Of a stretch of DNA of 64,000 nucleotides, positions 36,370-46,145 are shown one piece after another. Below the pieces are notes generated by a model. The model worked only from the letters and a program-made list of their open reading frames with translations, made no database searches and had not been told where the DNA came from. The stretch lies in contig PMLC01000163.1 of assembly GCA_003158745.1 (NCBI GenBank), positions 24,080 through 88,079 on the forward strand, in the 5' to 3' direction. Numbering within the stretch: position 1 is the stretch's first letter; every line of letters starts with the position of its first letter. Origin of the DNA: Acidobacteriota bacterium (GTDB lineage Bacteria; Acidobacteriota; Thermoanaerobaculia; Thermoanaerobaculales; Thermoanaerobaculaceae). The translations under genes and the position numbers were made by a program.

Positions 36370-36796
36370 CGCCTCTCCCGCCTCCCGGCCGCCGCTCGAG
36401 AATCTCGCTCACCACGTAAATGCTCTTCTGACCCTTCTCCGCCACCAGCTTGGCCAGGGCACGGAGGTCGCGCCCGGTTTGACGCCGCGCACCTGCGAGC
36501 TTGATGAGCATCGGCAGGTTGACGCCCGTCACCACCTCGGAGCGGGCAGGGTCCAAGAAGCCGAGCGAGAGATTGGTGGGAGTCCCACCGAACATGTCCG
36601 TCAAAACGATGACACCATCGCCAGTGTCGAGCTCCTTGAGCGCCCTGGCGATCTCGGCCCGTGCTGCCTCCGGGTCGAGGTTCCACTCGAGAGTGATCGC
36701 TCTTGCCTGCTCGACCAGGGCGGACTCGATCGTCTTGGCCGCCGCGAGAAGTTCCGTGGCAAGGCGCCCATGCGAGATCACAAGTATCCCCACCAT
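36350..36796 (-). CDS. PTS EIIA component, mannose/fructose family
   Basis: ORF trimmed to ATG 36794-36796. MVGILVISHG (active-site His) ...VLTDMFGGTPTN. Confidence 0.8.
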   Translation of the reverse strand: MVGILVISHGRLATELLAAAKTIESALVEQARAITLEWNLDPEAARAEIARALKELDTGDGVIVLTDMFGGTPTNLSLGFLDPARSEVVTGVNLPMLIKLAGARRQTGRDLRALAKLVAEKGQKSIYVVSEILERRPGGGRGDGPAQG

Positions 36797-36913
36797 GCGG
36801 GGGATTATTCCAGGGGAAACCTCTAACAGCAAGAAGAGGGGCACCGGGTTGGCACACCATCACCAAGCCTCGACCGGCGGGCCCGAAGCGATTCAACCCC
36901 TCGAACCCTCCTC

Positions 36914-37780
36914 TCAGCCCTCGCGATCACGGTCACGGTGGTGCACTGCGACAACCCACTGGTCGGAGGAAAGGTCTCGTGCGAGGCGGTCCGCGAAGTA
37001 CACGGAGCGGTGCTTGCCTCCCGTGCAACCGAACGCCACGACCAAATAACTCTTCTGCTCGCGTCGGTACGACGGCAGCAGCGCAGCGACGAGGTCGCGG
37101 ACCCGCTTGAACGTCTCTTCGACCTCAGGCTGCCGCTCCAGCCATGCCATTACCTCCGGATGGTCGCCCGGCAGGGCCCGGAGATCGGTAACGAAATGAG
37201 GATTGGGCAGGAACCGCAGATCGAAGACCAGATTCGCATCGGGCGGAAGGCCGTAACGGAAACCGAAACTCTCGCATCGGACCACCATCGGAAGAGCGAG
37301 GTCGGTGGAACCGAACCGGGCAGCGACCTCGGCTCGAAGCTCGTGGGGCGTCAAGCCGCTGGTGTCCAGGGTCTCGTCAGCGAGCGCGCGAACCGGTTCG
37401 AGCTCGGCTCTTTCCTGTGCCACCGCCGCGGGCAGCGCCATGTTCCGATAAGGGTGCGGCCTGCGCGTTTCCGAGAACCGCCGCACAATCGCTTCGGTGG
37501 TTGCTTCGGCAAAGACGATGCGCACTTCCGGGTAGGTCACCTTGAGGTGGGCGATAAGACCGGGGAACGCCCCAGCAAAGCCCTGGGCGCGTACGTCGAC
37601 AACGACTACCCAGGGCGGACCGGTCCCCTGCCAAATGTGCGCGAACAGTGGTTCGATGAGTTCGAGGGGCAGGTTGTCCACGCAGCGATACCCGAGGTCT
37701 TCGAAACAGCGGGTCACTACGCTCTTTCCTGCCCCGGAAAGTCCGGTGACGACCACGGCGCGCGGCAACGACCCCATCAC
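36914..37780 (-). CDS. rapZ: RNase adapter protein RapZ (YhbJ)
   Basis: VVVTGLSGAGKS Walker A, FEDLGYRCVDNLP, C-terminal FGCTGGKHRSV. Confidence 0.9.
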   Translation of the reverse strand: MMGSLPRAVVVTGLSGAGKSVVTRCFEDLGYRCVDNLPLELIEPLFAHIWQGTGPPWVVVVDVRAQGFAGAFPGLIAHLKVTYPEVRIVFAEATTEAIVRRFSETRRPHPYRNMALPAAVAQERAELEPVRALADETLDTSGLTPHELRAEVAARFGSTDLALPMVVRCESFGFRYGLPPDANLVFDLRFLPNPHFVTDLRALPGDHPEVMAWLERQPEVEETFKRVRDLVAALLPSYRREQKSYLVVAFGCTGGKHRSVYFADRLARDLSSDQWVVAVHHRDRDREG

Positions 37781-38727
37781 CTGCCCTGCAATTTCTCGTC
37801 GTGTCTGGTGAGAAACTCGCTTGCTGCGTCCGGCATGCCGCGCTGGCTGACGAGGTACTTACGAGCCGCTGCTTCAATGAGCAGGGCGAGGCTCTTCCCT
37901 GGAGCCACTGGCACCGTTAGGCGAGGACGCCGGAGCCCGAGGATCTCGATTGTGGTCTCGGACAAGCCAAGGCGGTCCACCGGCCCTGATCCCTCGGCCA
38001 CTAGGTTGACGACCAAGTCGATCGGCTTGGTGTCGCGGACGGCGACGACCCCGAACAACTGCTCGATGGAGATGAGTCCCAGCCCTCGGACCTCCATGAG
38101 ACCGCGGATTTCCTCGGGCGCCTGGCCCACCAGATCCTCGTTGCGCACGCGGTAGATCTCGACCACGTCGTCAGCCACAAGCCGATGACCCCGGTGGACA
38201 AGCTCGAGGGCGCACTCACTCTTGCCCGAGCCCGAGTCTCCCAAGATCAGCACCCCAATCGCGAAAATATCGAGAAGATCGCCGTGCATGACCTCGCGCG
38301 GGGCCAGAAGGAACTCGAGGGTAGCCGCGAGCCGCTCGATTACCACAGACGTGTTTACCGCCGTCAGCACCAGCGGCACGCCGTGCTCGTTGCACGGCTT
38401 GACGAACAGTGCAGCGGTCTGCTCCATTGCCTTGCTGACGACGATCAGGGGCGGTTCGAGGGCCACCAGCCCGGCGACCCTCGCCGCCACCGTGTCGGCG
38501 GGAAGTGTCGCGAGGTACTGCGCCTCGGAGAACCCAATGACCTGCGCGCGGCCGGGTTTGACGTACTCCAGGAACCCGGCGAGGGCTAAACCGGGCTTCT
38601 GAAGTCTCGGGTTCGTGATCGGCCTTGTCAGCCCATTTTCGCCGGCCAGGACACGCAGGGCGAGGGTCGCGAGTCGCCCCTCGTGCAGCAAACGATCGCA
38701 CGTGACGTTGGCCGGGCGCACCGTCAT
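37777..38727 (-). CDS. hprK: HPr kinase/phosphorylase
   Basis: GVLILGDSGSGKSECALELVHRGHRLVADD signature, LMEVRGLGLI. Confidence 0.9.
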   Translation of the reverse strand: MTVRPANVTCDRLLHEGRLATLALRVLAGENGLTRPITNPRLQKPGLALAGFLEYVKPGRAQVIGFSEAQYLATLPADTVAARVAGLVALEPPLIVVSKAMEQTAALFVKPCNEHGVPLVLTAVNTSVVIERLAATLEFLLAPREVMHGDLLDIFAIGVLILGDSGSGKSECALELVHRGHRLVADDVVEIYRVRNEDLVGQAPEEIRGLMEVRGLGLISIEQLFGVVAVRDTKPIDLVVNLVAEGSGPVDRLGLSETTIEILGLRRPRLTVPVAPGKSLALLIEAAARKYLVSQRGMPDAASEFLTRHDEKLQGR

Positions 38728-39182
38728 CCTTGATGCTCCGGCTTTGCTAGCTCGGCTGTAAGGGCCATTGCGTCCGGAGACGATTCGAACGATCGGCGGA
38801 CCTCGGGGTTGCGGAGGAGGTGCGCGATGTTGGCGAGCACCTGCAGATGAGCTGCGGGCTGTTCCTGCGGCGAAAGCACAAAGAAAAAGAGCCGCGCTGG
38901 CTCTTGCCTCTCACCGAAGGGGATTGGCTCCGTGACCCGCGCGAACGCCACCACGATCTCATGCAGCCCCGGCACCCTGCAGTGAGGGATAGCGGTCTCG
39001 TCTCCGACGACGGTTGCGCCGAGTCTCTCACGGTCGAGCAGCAGATCGACCAGATCGAGGGAGCGCTTCACGGCGCCGGACCGCTCCAGCTGCTCGGCCA
39101 CGTAGACCAGAACCTCTTCACGTGTGTGGACCGGAATATCGAGAAAGACGCGCTCGGGGGTCAGCAGGAGGTCTAGTCGCAC
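38724..39182 (-). CDS. ptsN: PTS EIIA-Ntr (nitrogen regulatory IIA)
   Basis: ...LLLDRERLGATVVGDETAIPHCRV... with the phosphorylatable His. Located between hpf and hprK. Confidence 0.8.
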   Translation of the reverse strand: MRLDLLLTPERVFLDIPVHTREEVLVYVAEQLERSGAVKRSLDLVDLLLDRERLGATVVGDETAIPHCRVPGLHEIVVAFARVTEPIPFGERQEPARLFFFVLSPQEQPAAHLQVLANIAHLLRNPEVRRSFESSPDAMALTAELAKPEHQG

Positions 39183-39204
39183 GGAGGGGTCGTCCGGTAG
39201 AGCC

Positions 39205-39741
39205 TCAGAACTCGGGAGTTACGAGACCGTAGGTTCGGTCGCGTCGCCGGTACAGTACGCTCACTCGGTCCGACTCTGCCTCGCGGAAGACGATGAAGTC
39301 CTCGTCCGAGCTGCTGAGCTGTAGGGCAGCCTCCTCGACTGTCATCGGGAGGACAGGCACATGGCGGGTCTCCACGACCTCCGGAGAGCCCCGATGGACC
39401 GACTCGGCCTCGACCACCTCCACTTGCCAGCTACCTTCCTTTGCCCGCGGGCGCTTTCTCCCGGTGAGCTTCTGCTTCATACGACGGGCCTGCTGTTCCA
39501 GCTTGCCGACGAGGTCCTGAAGCGATGTGGTCCACTCCGGCGTCTCCGATGAGGCCTCGACTTCGAAGTCCTTCCCGCGGATGTACGCTTCGACACAGAC
39601 GCGGTGCTTCTCCTGAGCCACCGTCAGGCGCGCCTCGTGCACAGCGTTGAAATACTTCTCGAGGCGGTTGAACTTCTTCTGCGCAAGGGCACGCTGTTGG
39701 TCGGTCACCTCTGTGTTGCGGGCGATAAACTCCAGCTCCAT
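39205..39741 (-). CDS. hpf: Ribosome hibernation promoting factor (long form)
   Basis: ORF trimmed to ATG 39739-39741 (GGGGAGGG RBS). MELEFIARNTEVTDQQRALAQKKF... Confidence 0.85.
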   Translation of the reverse strand: MELEFIARNTEVTDQQRALAQKKFNRLEKYFNAVHEARLTVAQEKHRVCVEAYIRGKDFEVEASSETPEWTTSLQDLVGKLEQQARRMKQKLTGRKRPRAKEGSWQVEVVEAESVHRGSPEVVETRHVPVLPMTVEEAALQLSSSDEDFIVFREAESDRVSVLYRRRDRTYGLVTPEF

Positions 39742-39807
39742 GGCCCTCCCCTTTCGTACCTTCTCGGCCTTGTGCGGCCATAATCTCATTCTAGCCGCGA
39801 ATCTCCC

Positions 39808-41325
39808 CTAGCGGAGTGCCCTTCGCCGTTGCTCCGACGATGGGACACCCAGGTCTTCCCGATATTTGGCAACGGTCCGGCGTGCGATGCGTATGCCGAG
39901 GCGGTTGAGTTGTCTGGCGACTCTCGCATCCGACAGCGGGCGGGACGGATCTTCCTGTTCGATCAGCTCCCGAATACGCTCCTTGACCACCACCGACGAG
40001 ATGTCGCCATCCACTGCATGCGAGATCGCGGAGTGGAAAAAGAACTTCAGCGGGAACACCCCCCGCGGGGTTGCCAAGTACTTATTGGCCACGACTCTGC
40101 TAACCGTCGATTCGTGCATGCCGATGTCGTCGGCGATGTCCCTCAGCACGAGGGGGCGGAGGTGAGGCAGCCCTTTCTCAAGGAACTCCTCCTGGCGGCG
40201 GACGATCGCCGTCGCGACGCGGGCGATCGTGCTCTGCCTCTGCTCGACCGAGCGCAGGAACCACAGCGCCGATCGCATCCGCTCCCGGAGGTAACCCCGT
40301 GCGTCCCCTTCGAGTCCACGGTTCTGCAGCATCCGCAGATATCGTCCGGAGATGCGAAGCCGCGGCAGGCCGTCGTCGTTCAGAGCGATTCGCCAGCCGT
40401 CATCGAATCGAGTCACAACCACGTCAGGCTCGACGGCCACGTTCTCGTTGGGGCCGAGCTGAGCGCCTGGCCTCGGATCCAGGCGATGGAGGACCTCGAG
40501 AATGTTCCGGATCCTCTCCCTGCCCACTCCGAAACGCTGCACGAGACGGTCCCAGCGTTGATGGAGCAGGTCGTCGAATGCTTCTGCCACGACCCGCCTC
40601 GTCAAGTCGACCAATTCGGCCTGGCTCTCGAGCGGGAGCCGCTCAAGCTGCAGCAGGAAGCACTCCTGGAGCGAGCGCGCGCCGATCCCGGCGGGCTCCA
40701 ACCGCTGGACGGTGGCGACAGCTTCGCAGAACTTCTCGGCGCTCACACCCAGCTGCTGGGCCATTTCCTCGTCCGCTGTGCGGAGGTAACCGTCCGGGTC
40801 TAGGTTTCCTATGATGAACTCGCACAACGCGTTAATCTCGGGCGTGACTTGCAGGAGGTGCAGCTGTGCACTGAGGTCCTCGAACATGCTTCGCGTTGGA
40901 GCCGGCGAGTTATCGAGCGAGTATTCCTCGGTCTCCTCCCAGGCCGGAGCGACGCTCGGCCCGTCGTGGAGGTAATTGGAAAATAGGGCCTCGAGCTCGA
41001 CCTCGCGGAATGCCTCGTCAGGCGGCTGCGCCTCGTCCTGCGGGGGTTCTGCGGTCGCCGGCGCCTCTCCAGCCGCCTGCTCGTCGTCTGCCATTCCCTC
41101 TCCGCCCGAAGTGCCCTCATCCGCCTCCTCCTCAGCTGCTGCGGCCTCCTCCTCGGCCGGTGGCTCGTCGTTCATTTCGAGGAGTGGATTGGCCTGCACT
41201 TCCTGCGCAAGAACCTGTTCGAGCTCCAGGCGCGACAGCTGCAGCAGCTTGATCGCCTGCTGGAGCGTGGGCGTCATTACAAGCCTCTGCGCGAGTTTCA
41301 AGTGCAGCTTCTGTTCAAGTGCCAT
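39808..41325 (-). CDS. rpoN: RNA polymerase sigma-54 factor
   Basis: N-terminal LKLAQRLVMTPTLQQAIKLLQLS, acidic linker, C-terminal RpoN box ARRTVAKYRE. Confidence 0.95.
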   Translation of the reverse strand: MALEQKLHLKLAQRLVMTPTLQQAIKLLQLSRLELEQVLAQEVQANPLLEMNDEPPAEEEAAAAEEEADEGTSGGEGMADDEQAAGEAPATAEPPQDEAQPPDEAFREVELEALFSNYLHDGPSVAPAWEETEEYSLDNSPAPTRSMFEDLSAQLHLLQVTPEINALCEFIIGNLDPDGYLRTADEEMAQQLGVSAEKFCEAVATVQRLEPAGIGARSLQECFLLQLERLPLESQAELVDLTRRVVAEAFDDLLHQRWDRLVQRFGVGRERIRNILEVLHRLDPRPGAQLGPNENVAVEPDVVVTRFDDGWRIALNDDGLPRLRISGRYLRMLQNRGLEGDARGYLRERMRSALWFLRSVEQRQSTIARVATAIVRRQEEFLEKGLPHLRPLVLRDIADDIGMHESTVSRVVANKYLATPRGVFPLKFFFHSAISHAVDGDISSVVVKERIRELIEQEDPSRPLSDARVARQLNRLGIRIARRTVAKYREDLGVPSSEQRRRALR

Positions 41326-41329
41326 GGCG

Positions 41330-42058
41330 TCAGAGCTGGAACTCTTCTCCCAGGTAAACTTGTCTCACCAACGGGTCCTTGGCCAGTGTTTCGGGGTCAC
41401 CACTTGCAAAAACCTTGCCGTCTTTGATGATAGACGCGCGGTCGGTTATTTTCAAGGTGTCGCGAACGTTGTGGTCGGTGATCAGGATCCCGTAACCGCT
41501 GTTGCGCAAGTGCCGGATGAGGCGCTGGACATCTAGGACGGTTATCGGGTCGATCCCCGCGAACGGCTCGTCAAGCAGGAGAAACTTCGGCTGCGTCACC
41601 AGTGCCCGCGCGATCTCGAGCCGCCGCCTCTCGCCGCCCGAGAGCGTTTCGGCCCGCTGAGTGCGGAGCTTCTCAATGCCAAATTCCTCCAGGAGATCCG
41701 TGACTCTGGTCGAGGCGTCCTGCCACCGCACACCCAACAACTCAAGCACTCCAAGGAGGTTCTCCTCCACGGTGAGGCGCCGGAACGCGGAGGCCTCCTG
41801 GGGCAGGTAGGAGATGCCGAGGCGAGCTCGCCGGTACATCGGAAGCTCGGTGACATTCTCGGTGCCGATCCAGACGCTGCCGGAGTCCGGCTGAACGAGG
41901 CCGACCAGCATGTAGAAAGTGGTCGTCTTGCCGGCTCCGTTTGGTCCGAGAAGGCCTACCACCTCGCCGGTGCCCAGGTTCAACGTCACCCCATTGACGA
42001 CGGGCCGCCTGCGGTAGCGCTTTACAAGATCCCTCGCCTCCAGTTGCAGCGCTTCTAT
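41330..42058 (-). CDS. lptB: LPS export ABC transporter ATP-binding protein LptB
   Basis: VGLLGPNGAGKTTTFYM, LSGGERRRLEIARAL, LLLDEPFAGIDP. No ATG, GTG or TTG lies near the conserved N-terminus. ATA 42056-42058 sits 5 nt after GGAGG and overlaps the upstream stop. CTG 42049 is the alternative. Confidence 0.8.
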   Translation of the reverse strand: MEALQLEARDLVKRYRRRPVVNGVTLNLGTGEVVGLLGPNGAGKTTTFYMLVGLVQPDSGSVWIGTENVTELPMYRRARLGISYLPQEASAFRRLTVEENLLGVLELLGVRWQDASTRVTDLLEEFGIEKLRTQRAETLSGGERRRLEIARALVTQPKFLLLDEPFAGIDPITVLDVQRLIRHLRNSGYGILITDHNVRDTLKITDRASIIKDGKVFASGDPETLAKDPLVRQVYLGEEFQL

Positions 42059-44034
42059 GGTTTCCTCCTCGGTGCCCCGGGTGTCGGGCGACCCTGGGTG
42101 GCATGGTAGAGCGTCTCGCTCGGGTTGTCTTCCGCGCCCAGAACCACGACGGTGTTCGATGCCCTTTGCCACTGAAGATGATTGGCCTTGATCTGGTTGC
42201 CGCCGGCCTCTTTCACCAGCACCGGATCGCCCCAGACCTCGAAGAAGCCGTCCTCGACCATGAACCGCGCCTTCTGACCGGACAACATCCGGCCCGTCGC
42301 TCGGTCGTTGATGGTGACTCCTCCGTCGAGGTCGGCGGTGACGAGGTTCCCGTTGGAGTCCATGTTGCCCAAGAGCCGCTGGCACGAGGCCCGCGCTTGC
42401 CGGTCGTCGAGTTGCACATCGCCCTCGTAGGTCACCATGCCACCGGCGCGGTCGTACCGCACTCGGCGGGACCTCACGTCGACAACACCGGCGGTTCCGC
42501 CCTGCCTAGCAGCGTGGGCGGTCGTGAAGACGTTTCCCTCACCGATCACGATATCGGTGGACCGATCGTAGTCGAGGCGGTCGGCGCGGATCAGGCGGTC
42601 CCCCTGCCAGAGCCGAGCCTCGCCCTGCAAGTTCAAGCGGTCTCCTCCGTCGGCGGCAGTCGCGGTTCCCGCCGCGAAACGGATCGGGACCGCTTCCGTC
42701 GCCGGGTGCGCGCCGGCGTTGAGTGAACCGGTCACTTGCCCCCGCGCAACAACATCGCCGCCCTGCAAGCCTTCGAGCTTGTCGCACCAGGTTCGGCCGT
42801 CAGGGCTTCCCAGGGCCACGCGTTTGCCGGGCGCGGGCTGGAGGCTGAAGGTCCTGCCGACAAGAGATAGGTCGAGCTCCGCGCCCTCTGCCCACTGCTG
42901 CCCGCTGTCGACTCGGACCTCGTCCGTGGCAACAGCCCTCACAGCCTGCCCACTCTCGAATAGAAGGCGCATGCGATCCGCTCTGACTGTTCGAGGATCG
43001 TTATCATGAGCGAGATCGGTGGCGCATGCTAGGCCCTGCCCCTCGAGCCACTCCCAGGCAGTGCGCGACCCCTCGCCGACGAGCCACCAGGATTTGAACT
43101 CGCGCCAGTCGCCAGCGTGATCGGTCCAGTTTGCCGTGGCCCAGCCCACACCCGGAGCCGGATCTGCCGTGAGACGGTACCGCGCCTCCGGGAGCCCCTC
43201 GAGCACGGTCATCCCGGCGGCCGCCTCGACGTTGCTCCCATCGTCGAGTACTCCGTCGAGCAGCACGGGAGCGGCCAGAGTCGCCCTTCTCAGGTCTCCT
43301 TCCGGCCCGGCAAGCTGAAGTTCTGCGCGCCCGGTCCTGACACGCATCCTGCCTTTCAGGACCGTGAGTCCATCGTTGAAGCGGATGAGCGCTTGCTGGC
43401 GGTCATAAAAGACGCGCGGAGCCAACAGAATGAGCGCTGGTCCTCCAGACGGCGTCGCTCCTCTCCAAATCAGAGAAACTCCCCCGAACAGCTCGAGCGT
43501 GTTCCGTCCGAGCGAGCCGACCGCTCCCCCGGCCACACCGCCCCACTCGGGCCCTGCAAAAGTGGCGGGACCGCGGCTCTGGATCAACCGTTCAGGTCCG
43601 CCGAGCGTGAATCCCCCCGCGTGGAGAGCCACGCCGCCTTCAAGGGAAACCTCAGCTTCACCGCCAGTTTCGGCCTCGTGCCTCACAGGATCGAGCCGGA
43701 GTGTCTCCGACACGAGTCCGTACGCCACGCGCCCTTCGTGGTAGAGAGAGACCTGGACGCTCCTGAACTCGTACCACCCGTTCGAGAACTCGACGGCTTC
43801 CCGGGCCGAGATCCGAAAATTGGGTTCGATCCCCAGAGTGTCAGAGTAGGTGAACCCCTTGTGAACCCGGACGGGCTGCTCCCTGGCATCCCGCGGCGTC
43901 GCCTCGACCTCGACCGGCTCGGTCGGTGGCCGGTGGCGGAACCTTCGGTTCAGAAAGCTGCCGGCCAGCACCGCCGTCCATAGAACAAGCACGAAAAAGG
44001 AGAGGCGGCGCAGGAGGACGAGTCGGGACTTCAC
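42055..44034 (-). CDS. Large LptC/LptA (OstA-like) periplasmic LPS-transport protein, membrane anchored
   Basis: N-terminal TM segment (LSFFVLVLWTAVLAGSF). Repeated OstA-like beta-jellyroll-type segments. C-terminal region ...ADRLDYDRSTDIVIGEGNV...TYEGDVQL... is LptA-like. GTGA overlap with accA. Confidence 0.65.
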   Translation of the reverse strand: MKSRLVLLRRLSFFVLVLWTAVLAGSFLNRRFRHRPPTEPVEVEATPRDAREQPVRVHKGFTYSDTLGIEPNFRISAREAVEFSNGWYEFRSVQVSLYHEGRVAYGLVSETLRLDPVRHEAETGGEAEVSLEGGVALHAGGFTLGGPERLIQSRGPATFAGPEWGGVAGGAVGSLGRNTLELFGGVSLIWRGATPSGGPALILLAPRVFYDRQQALIRFNDGLTVLKGRMRVRTGRAELQLAGPEGDLRRATLAAPVLLDGVLDDGSNVEAAAGMTVLEGLPEARYRLTADPAPGVGWATANWTDHAGDWREFKSWWLVGEGSRTAWEWLEGQGLACATDLAHDNDPRTVRADRMRLLFESGQAVRAVATDEVRVDSGQQWAEGAELDLSLVGRTFSLQPAPGKRVALGSPDGRTWCDKLEGLQGGDVVARGQVTGSLNAGAHPATEAVPIRFAAGTATAADGGDRLNLQGEARLWQGDRLIRADRLDYDRSTDIVIGEGNVFTTAHAARQGGTAGVVDVRSRRVRYDRAGGMVTYEGDVQLDDRQARASCQRLLGNMDSNGNLVTADLDGGVTINDRATGRMLSGQKARFMVEDGFFEVWGDPVLVKEAGGNQIKANHLQWQRASNTVVVLGAEDNPSETLYHATQGRPTPGAPRRKP

Positions 44035-44984
44035 CGTTCCAGGAACCGCCCCATAGCACGGAACTTCGCGAAACGCCGCCGGGGCAGCTCGTCCCGCTTG
44101 ATTCGCCGGAGCTCGACCAGTGCCTTGCGAATCGCGCCGCCTACGGTTCTGATCGCCAGGTTTGGGTCCATGTGGGCACCCCCAAGAGGCTCAGGAACGA
44201 TACCGTCTATCACATCGAACTGGAGAAGGTCGCTCGCCGTGAGGCGCAAGGCGCTGGCTGCCCTCTGTACCTCGGCCTGGTCCTTCCATAGGATCGCGGC
44301 ACACCCCTCCGGCGAGATCACCGAGTAGATGGCATGTTCGAGCATGAGGATGCGGTCCCCAACCCCGAGCGCAAGAGCTCCTCCCGACCCACCTTCACCG
44401 GTCACAAAGACGACGATAGGCACCTTCAAGCCGGCGATTTCCCGGAGGTTGTGGGCGATCGCCTCCGCCTGCCCGCGCTCCTCTGCGTCGATACCGGGGG
44501 ACGCACCCTGGGTGTCGACGAGACTGATGATAGGCCGTCCGAACTTCTCAGCCAATCGCATCACGCGCAGAGCCTTGCGGTACCCCTCGGGGCGCGGCTG
44601 GCCAAAGTTCCGATAGAGGCGCTCGCGCGTATCTCTGCCCTTTTGATGGCCCACGACCACCACGCTCTCACCGTCGAACTTGGCGAAACCCGCCACCACG
44701 GCAGGGTCGTCGGAAAAGGCCCGGTCGCCGTGGATCTCGACCCAGTCCGTGAACAAGCCCCTAATGTACTCAAGGCAGTACGGCCGGTCCGGATGTCGGG
44801 CCAGTTGGCACTGTTGCCACGGCGTGAGGTTTGAGGTCACGCGGCGGGCTTCCTCTTCGAGTTGAGCCCGGAGCCGGCCGACTTCGGCGCGACCGGAGGA
44901 GCCGCCGAGCCGCTCCGCATCCAGGATCCGCTGGCGCAGATCCTCAAGCGGGGCGAGAAACGGGGGTGTCGGTGAACCGGCCAT
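44031..44984 (-). CDS. accA: Acetyl-CoA carboxylase carboxyltransferase alpha subunit
   Basis: LARHPDRPY, GFAKFDG..V.V.GHQKGRDT..., PII.LVDT.GA.PG...EERGQAEAIA. Confidence 0.9.
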   Translation of the reverse strand: MAGSPTPPFLAPLEDLRQRILDAERLGGSSGRAEVGRLRAQLEEEARRVTSNLTPWQQCQLARHPDRPYCLEYIRGLFTDWVEIHGDRAFSDDPAVVAGFAKFDGESVVVVGHQKGRDTRERLYRNFGQPRPEGYRKALRVMRLAEKFGRPIISLVDTQGASPGIDAEERGQAEAIAHNLREIAGLKVPIVVFVTGEGGSGGALALGVGDRILMLEHAIYSVISPEGCAAILWKDQAEVQRAASALRLTASDLLQFDVIDGIVPEPLGGAHMDPNLAIRTVGGAIRKALVELRRIKRDELPRRRFAKFRAMGRFLER

Positions 44985-45038
44985 GCTCCTCGACTCTAGT
45001 GAGGTTGGCCAGGAATGGCAAGCGCGCGGGGCTCTTTC

Positions 45039-45788
45039 TTAGCTCCTCCCTGCGCGCAGCGACTCCAGGCGTCCGCGCAGCCAACCGGCGTGCGCCATCC
45101 TACGCAGAATCGTGGCCCGTCGGACCTCCCAGCGCTTCGATGCGGTCGACGGGTTGTCACGCCCGGGTGAGGGGATGGCTGCGACGAGGCCGGATGCCTT
45201 CTCAGGACCGACACCGTCGCTCGAGACACCGTAGTAGTGCTGGGTCGCAGCCTCGGCCCCGAATAGGCCGGGGCCGAACTCTACGACGTTGAGGTAAAGC
45301 TCCAGGATGCGGCGCTTCCCGAGTTTCCGCTCGAGCCACCAGGCCAAGTGTATTTCCTTGACTTTGCGCCACAGCGTACGCTCGCCCGAGAGAAAGAGCG
45401 TCTTCGCCAGCTGTTGGGAGATCGTCGATGCCCCGCGCAGTCGTGCCCCGGGCTTGCGCCCCTCTTGCAGTGCCTCCCAGACGGCGTCAAGGTCGATTGG
45501 GCCGTGCCCGAAGAAGTCGATGTCCTCGCTCACGAGCACCGCGAGTTGGAGATCGATCGAGATCGCCGACAGTGGCACGTAGACATTCTCGATTCGGCGG
45601 CGCGTGCCTTCCTCCCGCCAGCGGCCCTCCTGTCGCAGCGCCGCTGCCCAGAGATGCTCGGGCGACCCCTCGCGCCAGGCCTCCAGGTCTTCGGTGGGTG
45701 TGAACCACCACCCGACGGAGGCCGCCCCTGCAAGTGCCACCACACACGCACTCCACCCTAGAAGCCACAACGCGCGCCGTGCAGCCAT
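45039..45788 (-). CDS. mtgA: Monofunctional peptidoglycan glycosyltransferase
   Basis: SEDIDFFGHGPIDL, GASTISQQLAK, RKVKEIHLAWWLE. Start set to ATG 45786-45788 because TAGAAT (45801-45796) ends 7 nt upstream. ATG 45797 is the alternative. Confidence 0.85.
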   Translation of the reverse strand: MAARRALWLLGWSACVVALAGAASVGWWFTPTEDLEAWREGSPEHLWAAALRQEGRWREEGTRRRIENVYVPLSAISIDLQLAVLVSEDIDFFGHGPIDLDAVWEALQEGRKPGARLRGASTISQQLAKTLFLSGERTLWRKVKEIHLAWWLERKLGKRRILELYLNVVEFGPGLFGAEAATQHYYGVSSDGVGPEKASGLVAAIPSPGRDNPSTASKRWEVRRATILRRMAHAGWLRGRLESLRAGRS

Positions 45789-45858
45789 GCCTTTCATTCT
45801 ACCGGTCGAGCAGAACCGCGGGCGTTGGAATGCGTATGTCGAGGTGAGGAGGTTCGCT

Positions 45859-46107
45859 ATGTTCACGGCCATGTTGATTCTCGGCGGTCTCTTCGCTTTT
45901 GTGCTGGGCGTGGTGCTACTGGGCCTCCTGGTCAAACTCGTCCTTCTCCCGGTTCGCCTCGGCTTCGTCTTCCTCAAGCTCGCCGTCGCCGGCCCGGTCG
46001 GAGTCACGTTTCTGATCGTGGGATTGCCGCTGGTCGCCGTCCTCTTGCTCCCGCTGGCGTTAGCAGTGTTGGTGGTGTGGGGCACCGCCCGGTTTCTTTT
46101 CGCATAG
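45859..46107 (+). CDS. Small hydrophobic membrane protein, 82 aa
   Basis: AGGAGG sits 6 nt before ATG 45859. About three TM segments. Followed by a terminator. It replaces the implausible N-terminal extension of the antisense ORF 45039..46085. Confidence 0.6.
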   Translation: MFTAMLILGGLFAFVLGVVLLGLLVKLVLLPVRLGFVFLKLAVAGPVGVTFLIVGLPLVAVLLLPLALAVLVVWGTARFLFA

Positions 46108-46145
46108 AAACCGAGTCGGGCGCGGGCTGGAGCGGGATGTCGGCT

